A DNA stretch of 63,990 bases, filler included, from Dimargaris cristalligena (taxonomy: Eukaryota): NCBI GenBank assembly GCA_003614675.1. It is 4 parts of 4 records of this genome, joined end to end, with 100 filler letters (N's around TTAATTAATTAA, not from the genome) between each part and the next. Parts side by side here need not be neighbours in the genome. Positions count along the whole stretch, not along the records: positions 50,632 to 63,990 come from ML002993.1; 3 more parts are not named here. The stretch is one strand, 5' to 3'. Position numbers and translations under genes: made by a program. Below the pieces are notes generated by a model. It was not told the origin of the DNA. It worked only from the letters and a program-made list of their open reading frames with translations, and ran no database searches. Numbering within the stretch: the first letter of the stretch is position 1; each line of letters begins with the position of its first letter. Positions 51,071 to 61,600 of the stretch are shown piece by piece.

Positions 51071-54000
51071 ATGAAATAATAGAAGAGTGGTTTATGCATA
51101 TAGTACTGGGACACTTGGCATTGAAAATATTAAGGAGGAGCCACTGATGCTGTGCATAAGAGAGGGAAGCAGTTGGGGGATAGTGGGTGCCTTTAGGTCA
51201 TTAGCTAAATTAAATAGTGTAATCAGCAGGGGGCATTTTAAGTAGTAAAAATGATAAGATAAACAACCAACAAATAATATAATTGATCAGAGCCAGGAGA
51301 GAATCATAGACCCATCAGGATATATCCTTCAATACTTCTACAATTGCCTGTATTGCCCAGGTTAACCACTCTTAGTCTGTCAAGAGTCCCAAAGATAGAC
51401 TTCTAATGGTAGGCAAGGCTTAGACTTGGCCAAGTGGGCTACTAGCATTAGGATGGGGGTGTAGGACTAACTAATAAAGGACAGATGTAGGTAAATGTCA
51501 GGGATGTGCAGTAGGCATACTTACTAGTTAGTACAAGGGGGGTGAGCATATATAGAGTTTATTGAGGTAAACTAAGGGGTAGGAATAAGCTAAGGATTTG
51601 AACCAGTCCCAGTGGGGCCTGGTTATATATACACAAGGACAGCTTTAGAGGGAGGTCCCAAGGGAAATACTACTAAGACTAAGGTATGGATAGGTAAGGA
51701 ATCCGACCAGATGGCTTTGCCTCAGGAAGACTCTCATGGGAACTGGAAGAGTCTTGGATCAGCAAGTTGAGTGTTTAGAGTGCAAAGTGTTAGAGTTGAG
51801 TGGGTGGGGTTATATAATAAAAGGTGGCCCCATAGTACTGGGGGTGACTATGGGAGGGTTAATATAGCACTATAAGGCCTAATAAGGACAGGCAATCATT
51901 AGGTCCAGATTAAGTCAGATTAGGAGGGCTGACAGCCTTGAATAACCGCAGCCAACCTTCCTTGACAATTTATATTGTTCCTTAAGGTGATCTATATAGA
52001 TAATAAAGGAAATGTGTAAATATTAAGACTACAGTCAGCCCATATGGTTATATCTATTATGAATAACATATAATATCATTCCAATAGACACAGGAAAAAA
52101 CATGTAGTAACTGTCAACTTTAGAAGCAATTTATATACCCTAGTACATCAACCACATAATGTCACTGGCAAAGGATTTTTTGTATATATAGAGGCTCCTG
52201 TCCAGTCACTAAAATGTATATAATACAAGATTGTTTAAGAATATTACATCACCACTTTCAATTCACAATGACCACCTTCCCCTCCTTCTTGTTGGTATCC
52301 CACTTATCATTACTATCTTTGTCTATATTTCTTTCTTGCTAGCCTCCTTTCACACATGTCCTCTATTCCAGTGTGTGCCTTATTGGAGGTATTTTTTCTA
52401 GCACCCCAGTTATTTGAACATAAATATACCTGCCCCTTTCTGCAACAATGCAGAAGTCCAAATTTGAAATCTGTCTCCACTAAGACATTTAGAATAGTCC
52501 CTCCCTAACATATGGGAGGGACTATATCTCTTACAATTGGTCTGCAGAACTTCCAGAGGCAGACAGAGGCCACACAACAGCCCCTCCACCCACCTGTTAA
52601 ATTAATCTTGGGTGGTTATGGTCAGTTTAGGGGATTGCAATTGCCAAGGTATTTTACATTCCTAAAAATATTATAATACTTTCTGTATATGAACTAATGA
52701 CAACTGTGCAATTTATATACAATAATCCAGGGGAATGTATCACATTATTAGTATGGTACTAGCTGTGTAGTTTCACTACTGTTTGATTAGTATTACCAAC
52801 ACCCCAATTTCCTTGTGAGTTATCTATACAATTGATAATGGTGTTAGGGCTTGATGAATAAAGACAAGTCCATGGAAAGACTCTTTGACTTAATTTTTTG
52901 GTCACTATATACTGCAGCCATCTTCTTGATTTTGCCAATACCTTTAATACATTATTTGGCCTTGTTTTTTCAGCCACAAATTCCTTCAGAAATGTGGGTT
53001 AAATGCCCTCTAAATTGACTTTTTTGCACCAGTTTTCAACTTCTAAGTGTATTTTTAAATGATCTGTAAGTAACACGAACTTATTGAGTTCAATCCAAGC
53101 ACTTTTATCTAACAGTATCACTATTTAATAATTTCATATTTAGTACCAATGGTGAAATTTTAATTAACATAATCAAGGTTTCCTAGTTCCCTAATGAATA
53201 CCTATGCAACTACATGTATGTTGCATTCTCGGTGACTACTTCAACTAGTAGATGGCTATCTAAATACCACTTCTCAATGGTTTCAATGAAGGAAGCCTCA
53301 GTGATACCACATTATCTTTGTTTTGCTTTTACAATTAATGATCTAGCATAGCAACTAACTTACCATAGGATCTACTAGCTCCTTTCTCTACCACCAGTGG
53401 GATCATAATGACATTTATTTGCCTTCAGCGTATTTTTCCAAAACACAACTCAGACTCTATACTTAACATCAATCCAAAAAAAAATACTCCAGTATCATTA
53501 ATTTTGGAGTGCATTACTGACCACATGACCTCCCTCCAAGATTCCCAACACCAGTATATATTCATAGAACATTGGCCCATTTCTGTGTTCCGCTTCAGTA
53601 TAATGTGACAATGCCATTCCAACCTTGTCTAGGCCACGTGAATGACTAATATTATGCAATTCCCAGTATAATATCCTGATTATACAATACCATGAATGGA
53701 TTCCTGGACTAAATAACATGGATTTGAGTTCAACAAGAGCCGCAAGGAGATTTATAAACTCTCCAAGAAGCCATTCTTACAAGGGATATTACATAATTAT
53801 AAATCTTAAAAAGTGAAAGTCCCTAGACCCGTGGTCCCACTTGTTCACCATTTCCCCAGGATATTCATTGGGGTAATGTACCGCTTTGACCGTAGGGTTA
53901 AACCCCCTTACAGATATCTGCATCAAAATTACCAACAATATGCTTCAGCAACATATTTGGGCGGAGTTGTCTCCAATCTCCGATATGATTATGTGCGACA

Positions 54001-54921
54001 TGGAAAGATTTCCACCAGTTGGATGTATGGAAATTACCAAGGGCATGTAGTGTCTCCAAGGGACAATAACCTTTTGTATCCGTACACCACAATACGGCAG
54101 TATTGGTCCGATGAGTTTGACCAGTTATACTGACCAGAACCCAATCACTTCTTTAGCAATTGAAGTAGCCAATACGATTGAACGTTGAAAGTAAAGGGGA
54201 AGAAATAATAACCGAGATATTGCCAAGACTTTGAGGATGGAAACTGGAGCATTGGGACCACACCTCTAATACACCAATTTCCATTTTCAAGTTTGGAGCC
54301 GTGAAAGAATTTACGAAAAATCTATGGATCACAATGCGATTTTCAAGAAAATTGGCCTATATAATTAGTCTAGCCATTATACCTTCCGTGACAATCCCGG
54401 CAAAAAACTTACCCGATGAGTTAGGGACGCCAAGAGTACAAATCCGAATCTCCCGCACTGGCCCCACTTTGGAATATTTCACCCCAAAAATGTATTATTA
54501 GGAAATATAAATACGGTCTATACACTGGTTTGCCAAGATGGCAAGGGCGGCCAATTATAACTGAAATGCCCTATGATCTTCGAAGCCTCTTTGAAATCCG
54601 GTATATTATAGACCCAGCCACTAATGAAATGAAATGGGTACTTGTGAATGATACATGGCTTACTCGCCTCTTTTTCGGTATGTAATAGCTCCCTCCCTAT
54701 TCCACTAATTTAACCACAGTTGGTATGATTGGGGGGAAGGAACCAATCGAGCAGTAGGACTCTCCATTAACATTGCCCAGCTCAAAGTAATCAACCATGG
54801 ACCACAGGGGTGTCGGGATCATGAATATCGGGGCTACCAGAGTCCGGAAAAAGGTGCATGCGCCAGTCTACCATGAATTCATCAATGCCCATCATTAAAC
54901 CTGCCCCCCCCATCCGCTCCA

Positions 54922-54931
54922 CTATAAATAC
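54922..54931 (+). promoter_or_regulatory. TATA box CTATAAATAC
   Basis: About 155 nt upstream of the 55078 ATG. Confidence 0.6.
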
Positions 54932-55077
54932 TAGTCGATTTTGGGCCCTAACTAAACCACCATCCTCAGTCCTTCACCTCCAACGTTGAATTCTTCCCTT
55001 TACCACTACCGTAGCCAAACCAACCGATTTGCCAACCACAATTCTGACTCCGCCCCAACCCCTTGTACCAGTCCAAA

Positions 55078-55308
55078 ATGCGCTTCACCTCTTCAGTCTT
55101 CGCCGTCGGCCTTTTGGGTCTCGTGGCTTTCTCGTTTACCAATGCCAGTAACCCCGGCCATGGCTCTGATGCCGGTAACCATCCCTCTGGCGAAAGCAAC
55201 ACTACCCCCCACTCTCCTGGCCAAGGCAAGAATAAGTCTGCCCCGGACCGAAAGGCCGATCCCTCCCCCAAAGGCCCTAATGGCCCTGGCGGCTCCAATC
55301 ACCACTAA
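55078..55308 (+). CDS. Small secreted Gly/Pro/Ser/Asn-rich protein (76 aa)
   Basis: Signal peptide MRFTSSVFAVGLLGLVAFSFTNA, hydrophilic mature part, C-ending codons like neighbouring genes, upstream TATA box. Confidence 0.7.
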   Translation: MRFTSSVFAVGLLGLVAFSFTNASNPGHGSDAGNHPSGESNTTPHSPGQGKNKSAPDRKADPSPKGPNGPGGSNHH

Positions 55309-56269
55309 GCTTACCAGAGTTCTTGTATTCTGATCCATTTTCCTCCTAGTGGCGTGACTTGTGTTGCCCCATTAGGTTTTAAATAGTAAATTGTCTGGCT
55401 GATGCTGCTTACGCTCGCCACGAACATTCCTATTTGAAAATGGAAGAGGTATCCCATCCCTAATTTATTTCGTTGCCCCAATTGTACCGTACTTAAAAAC
55501 ATTTGCACGATGGGATGGTGCTTATCACAATTGAAAGCTCTATAAATTGGTTGAAACCATACCTTTGCTAAAGTGGCCCTGGTTTGCCTCAGAATCCCCT
55601 TGAGCATTCATGGGTGTTGTATATTGGAAAATAATTTTATCTACAGCTATATTTTTTTGAAGGATCAGGTCTGGCATACAATGTTCACGTAAGTGCAATC
55701 GTATACCCATAATTGGTACCCTTTTACACCGATGGTTTGTTGTTTAATTGTGTCTCATGAATGTCATTTTATTGCAATAATCGCATACAGTGTATCAATT
55801 TGGTCCTAAATTATACATTTTTTACTACGTCTCGGGCTGTCTAATTGAAATACCCAAACGGCAACTGAAGTGGGCTATCAAGCAGAAACTAGAAGCTATT
55901 GAGTAAGTCATGGGGAGGCTAAGGGGCGACTCTCTATGCCTGCACATACTCTTTCTATATTCAAAGATTGTATTTGATTTTGTTGAAGAGATATGGATTA
56001 TTGTTGAAAAATATGTCCCAACGGATCTATTATTATCTCATGTTTCTAACCAATTACGTTACATTATTTAGTAATTATACGTCCTTACATATTATCCACA
56101 TAAAATCCCTTCTGCCGATTATACAATTCGATAAAACTGCCTACCTAGAGGCACCTGTCGTACTCAAACTTTGTTCTTCCCTTCTATACAGTTTTATTGG
56201 TACCCCTTTAGTATTTTCAACATCAAGTGTCCCAGTACCGTACGCCTAGGTCACTTTTCAAGTATGATG

Positions 56270-56706
56270 TGGCTCTGTCAAAAGTAGCAAACTAAGCCAC
56301 GTATAAATTTACTGTATATCACCCGAGTGCCTTACTAGATTTATTGCAATTCCAAGGGGTGGACTGACTCAACGCCAAATTTTCTATGGAAGTGGCGATT
56401 TACATGTGCTATGTCAGACAGTGGGCAATCAAGCTGAGGCGGTTACCTGATACATAAATGTACAAAAATAAATAAAAGAAGCGAATGGATACTAAAACGA
56501 TACATCAGTCCTTGAGAACACCGAATAATATAGATGTCCAGGGTGTTACAGCGATACTATAGTTTTTCCTATACAAAGAAGTTTGGCATACTGTTGGCAA
56601 TCAACCGTTATTGACTGGGTTGGGTCAGCCGAACCGTTGTCGCTGGACTAGTCCTTCTTAGTCTCACGGAGCTTGTCGATGCCGGCCCCGGCTGCTTTGT
56701 AACCGA
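56270..56706 (-). repeat. Partner of the inverted duplication at 50632-51070
   Basis: Direct alignment of the reverse complement. Confidence 0.92.
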
Positions 56707-56857
56707 GGTAAGCACCAGCCATCTTTACAGCACCAGAGCGGAGTCCACGCTTGGCTAATTGGGGCGATTGGGCCGTGGCAGGGGCCGAAGGGTGGGCCTG
56801 AGCGACAGTAGCCAGAATGAAAACGAGGGTGAGGGCAGCAGCGGACTGGAGCTTCAT
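56648..56857 (-). CDS. Secreted prepro-peptide (69 aa): signal peptide, pro-region ending in KR, cationic Gly/Ala-rich 32-aa peptide
   Basis: MKLQSAAALTLVFILATVAQA / HPSAPATAQSPQLAKR / GLRSGAVKMAGAYLGYKAAGAGIDKLRETKKD. ACCATG start, TATA box ~150 nt upstream, paralog in the window. Confidence 0.85.
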   Translation of the reverse strand: MKLQSAAALTLVFILATVAQAHPSAPATAQSPQLAKRGLRSGAVKMAGAYLGYKAAGAGIDKLRETKKD

Positions 56858-56996
56858 GGTCTGCAAAATGATCTGAGCTGAACGGGAGGAGAGGGTGGAG
56901 TAAAGGGGGGGGTGGCCGTGAAGAAGGAAGAGCGAAGAAAGGTCGGTGGGATGGAGTGTTGATGGGTCCAATTGATGGTGGAGAGCGGACCAAGTC

Positions 56997-57006
56997 GTAT
57001 TTATAG
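56997..57006 (-). promoter_or_regulatory. TATA box CTATAAATAC
   Basis: About 150 nt upstream of the 56857 ATG on the minus strand. Confidence 0.6.
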
Positions 57007-58662
57007 ACGAGAGGGCGCGTTCACTGTCGTTTTTCTTGGTCGCCCGGCCATACCTAGGGTAATTTTACCATCGGTAAGGCTAACGGACGTTTGGACCACT
57101 CACATAGTGTCTGCGGGACCGTCCGGTACGGTTATTGTCCCGTGGACCCGGGACCACTTCCCTGTTGTGCTTTTTTGGCCACAATTTTTTATGTATTTTT
57201 ATTTATTGTTCAATACCGCACCCACGGACTACCCTCTGGCGGTCTTGGCTAAGTTACCGACTGGGTGCCCCGCACCAATGCCAAGCCCAAAACCAAACTG
57301 TCCCGGTCCGGAGTCGTACCAAGGTATGCTGATGAGCTTGTGGTAACCCCGACCGGCGTGCTGGCCAACATGGCCGTAGATGATATTCCAAATTAGGCAT
57401 ACCATCGAGGTGGCCCATGAATTCGGGGTGTGCATCCAGCTATCGCTGGCCGGATAGAATGGGAAGGGAATGGACGGCAAGACACTGCTAAATCGGGAGT
57501 CCGAAGGAAAAGCCACGGTTACATCGAATAGACGACGGCAAGGGTAGAAGACAGATATAAGGGTGAATGAGGTCATATTTCAACTAGGGCTGCATTTTCT
57601 GGCCTATGCTATCGGAGGGTTTATTTATAGCTAATGATGGCCATATCAGGATATCAAAAGGACTGGGCTATGTTTAGCCCTGAGTTAGTGTAGAACACCC
57701 GCTTCTCGTCGACATCTCCCCCCCCCCCTCCTCACCAAAACCCACTCCCCACTTCACCTCAACGTCGACACCAACATTCCTCCGGTTAAAGACTCAAAGG
57801 AACTAAACATTAGCAGATCAGTCGAGTCCGTGAAAAGAGCAAGTCTGATAATGGACCACCCCGTCGTACTCCTATCTCTGCGAAATATAACAATATTGCC
57901 AAGAATGCCAAGGTATTCTAAATCGGACCTTATTGGAAGCGATTGTTTTTTTTTTATGCAACCATTGGGGCCGGTGCACTCTTTCTTCGAATCTTTGTCC
58001 GAAGTTTTGGTTACCACGCTCCTTTGCAGTACTCCATTGGCGCTATAATACGAATAATGAGTTATATAAATAGTACAGGCTGTTACCAATTGCCTCAAAA
58101 ATATCTAAAGGGATTTAGGGTTACATGAAGTACGCCTTGATAAAGATGCAGGAGGATAGTTCAATGCCCGGCGTGGCCAGTTTGTTGAGTCGTTTATCGT
58201 CTAAACAGCCCACCGTACTACGATTTAAACAGTCCATATATGTACTGTACATCCCAGTAGGAGTAGAGGAAAAGCCATCTGTACATACTACTCACTAAAT
58301 CACGCTACCGTATAAATAGAAATATAAAATACTATTTAGTTTATTGGCAGAAAATATGGAGAATAGTGGGCCATGAATAACCAAATCGAACAGAAATATA
58401 CATATATGTATATATTTATATTTATATATTAACGAACCGGCAAGGTAGTAATGCTTTTTTTTATAAATATTTATATATAAAGGAAGCAGGCGAGACCTAA
58501 CTTGAAAGTCTAGATGTAAATACAATTGCCTGTACAAGTAATTAAACAAATGGCAGACAAAAAAAAACTGAAAGCCAAAGTATTACGTTCCCCGTTTTAA
58601 AAACCCCCGAGACTCTGCCAATAACCGCCCATCATTTCAAAGGAATAGGTAATTGAACCATT

Positions 58663-61600
58663 CTAAGCATTGGGATTGAGAATGTCCACATAACGATTAC
58701 GCGCCCCACGACGACCCCGAGGACCTCCTCCCGCACTGGACATGGGGGGGGTAGGACCGGTTGAACTTCTAGAGATACCCATGGACGGCTGACCAGCCAG
58801 CGAAGGGGGACCTCGGGGCATGGCTGAAGGGGTCGGGGTAGTTGGGCCACTGTGATTTATAAAAGGCGGTGGCTGGGACATCGTACCGGACATTGGTGGA
58901 AGACGGGGCGGGGGAGGGCCGCCACCGCTAGCCCCGGTAGTCGCTACGCCGTAACTGCCCCCCATGCTAGACTGAGACAAGCGTGATGGTGGTGTAGAGC
59001 GGGTGGACATGGGTGGTGGCGGCGGGGGTGCCGCAGCCGCGGTCTGCTCCGATTCCGACGAATTCTTGTTCACCCACCGTTTCTGAACGGGATCGTAAAT
59101 AAACGAGGATTCCTCACCAAGGTTAGCCTTGACGGCATTAACTCCATCGGCGGGAGCCTTGTTGGCCGCACCACCGAAGAGACTCTTGATCATGCCGAAA
59201 CCGAACATACCCCCGCCGGGGGTGGACCGCCCACTGGTGGAAGTGGGCGCCGATTTCTTACTGGGTGAATTTTCCCCAGTAGGATCAGAGTGGGCTGGAG
59301 TGGCCGGGGATGCGGCAGCGCCGTTGGTTTGAGCATGGCCGCCTGCTGTCTCGGGGACTCTCGGTTTAGTCTTGGAGAGTGAGGAATTACCAAACCCGAG
59401 GTCATCGAAGTCGTCCTGGTTGTACTGGTCACCGCCGGCAGAATCGGGAACGGTGGGGGCAGCATGGGAGTAACTTGCACCACCGAAGGAAGGCACGGGA
59501 GGAGCCGTATTGAGGAATCCACCGTCATCTTCGGCATTGCCGCTAGTGGGAGTGGCATTGGAGTCGACACTGTAAAACATAGGGGCAGAGGACTGGGTAT
59601 CATTGGTGTAGAAGTAACTGTCATGGGTGGAAGGGTTGGCTTCCCAAGTGTTGTTGGTATGGCTAGTGTAGGCCACCGGTGGTTCGACCGCGGCGGGCTG
59701 AAAGGGCACCGATGGAATAGGGGCTGGGCTGGGCTGATACAATGCGTAGGGATCAGCCTGGCCCTCCGAATGGTTACGAGTCTTGACCTGGGGGGGCGCA
59801 AAGTTCGCTAAATAGCCTCCTCCTTGGGCAGAGAGGGGCCGTTGGCCATCCGAATGCGCCGCAGCCATATGACCTTGTTGGTGCTGGGAGCCGAACTGCA
59901 GGCCGGGGGAAAACTGGGTGGCCCGAAGGTGGTCGACCGGCATATAGGCATCGGACATGTTCTGGCCGCCGTGCACCCCAGGAGGGGACATGGTGCTCGC
60001 CCGTTGGAAGTTTTCGGGTCGAATCTCGGCTGCCCGGGAATCCGAGGCGGTTGGATCGGCCGGACTGGCGTCCGAGCCCGTGATGAGTTTGTCCAACCCA
60101 CTGTCGAAGGCACTCATCAGAGATGTAAAGCTAGGCTTGGCCAACCGGCGACTCAACCAAGACGATACGCCACTCGAGCCACTGGCTTCACTGGTAGCTC
60201 CGAAACCGTCTAGGCGCTGCTTCAGGGTGGTGAGCTGGTGGACGAACCCGGGGGTAATAAAAGGGGAGCCCTTGACCATATCGTCCACGATATTAGCAAG
60301 CGCGTCACAGTAGCGGGTAGCCTCCTTCACCCGACCCTGTTCCACTAGCCACCAGGCGTGCAATAGTTTATACGGCTGGAGATGGGGTACAATCGCAGGA
60401 GTCTTACCCGGCCGCAGGGCCGAGACAAATTCATAGACCTCGGTTATAAGGAAGGCCTCCGGGTTCCATATAAGAGGTTGGGCCGCAGTCAGCAGGGTGA
60501 AGCGGGAATTGGGGGCACCTACCCCACTGAACAGGGAGGTTCGGGGTGAAAGGAGGTAGCACAGGTGGGCCTCGGGCCACCGCTGCGCAGAGCGTAGCGC
60601 ATCACCGAGAGCCGTCAGCGCCGATGAATCACCCTTGGTTTGGTTGGCTAGAATGACGACCACGAGGCGGAGCCAGATTGCCAGGACCTTCGCCTGTTGG
60701 GCTTGGGTCCCCTCGGCCTTCTGGCTGGAGCCCGGGGGCGGCGGGCTAAAACTGGTGGCGGGGACGAAATTCTCAGCGGCTGGGGTGCTATCGGGGAAGG
60801 TGGCGGTTTGCGGGGCCCACAGCTGGGAGAGGGCGCTCCCACTAGTCCCGGCGAATAGCTGGTAAATGAGACGCAGGGCATAGAACGGTGATGTATCGGA
60901 AGGGTCAGCCATTGGATTGGCGGAAGAGCCCGATGACAGGTGCTGGGTAAAATTTTGAACAACTCCAAGCCAGACCTCTTTGCCTACACAGCTACTGATG
61001 ATCAGGGCGTGGGACCAAAGCTGCTTGGCCACAGCCCACTTGACCGCTTCCAGGCGATTACCAGCCAACAGCAACTCCTCAAGCTCGGCCAAGTCGCTAC
61101 CCTCCGCGGGCACCTGGGATTTACCCTGTCCCTCCCGGAAGCTCGGGGCAGTTCGGAGGGTCTGGCAAAGACTTTGTAGGGCGGTGGGGCTATCAAGAAG
61201 CTGTCCGTCGTTTTGGCCAATACACAGGAGCGTCTGCCAGAGAAGCGCCCAGCTTGTTGAATCGGGACTGGCCTGCGCCTCGCAGGCGCGGATTCGTTCC
61301 CCGATGAAGTTTAATACCGCGTCCTTCTTCTGCTTATTGCCACTGCGATCGTGGGCTAACAGTGGACCGGGATACGGGGTGGTGCCCGGATTCACCCCTT
61401 CTGCGGTAGTTGGCAGGGGATTGGGGGAATGCTGAATAGGGTCGGAGTTAAAGACATTGCTCGAAAGAGTGTGCTGCTGCAATAGTCCCGGGTAGGTTTT
61501 TTCATAAGCGGTTGGCTGCTGGCCATTGGGCGAGTAGCGCTGCATAGTCTTGGGGAACATGCACCACAGCTGACCACCGAAGCCGAATGCAGCAATGGGG

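Noticed and set aside
53813-54600. Coding-like fragments between the peptide genes
   Set aside because: Interrupted frames with no family recognised; cannot be called a pseudogene with confidence.
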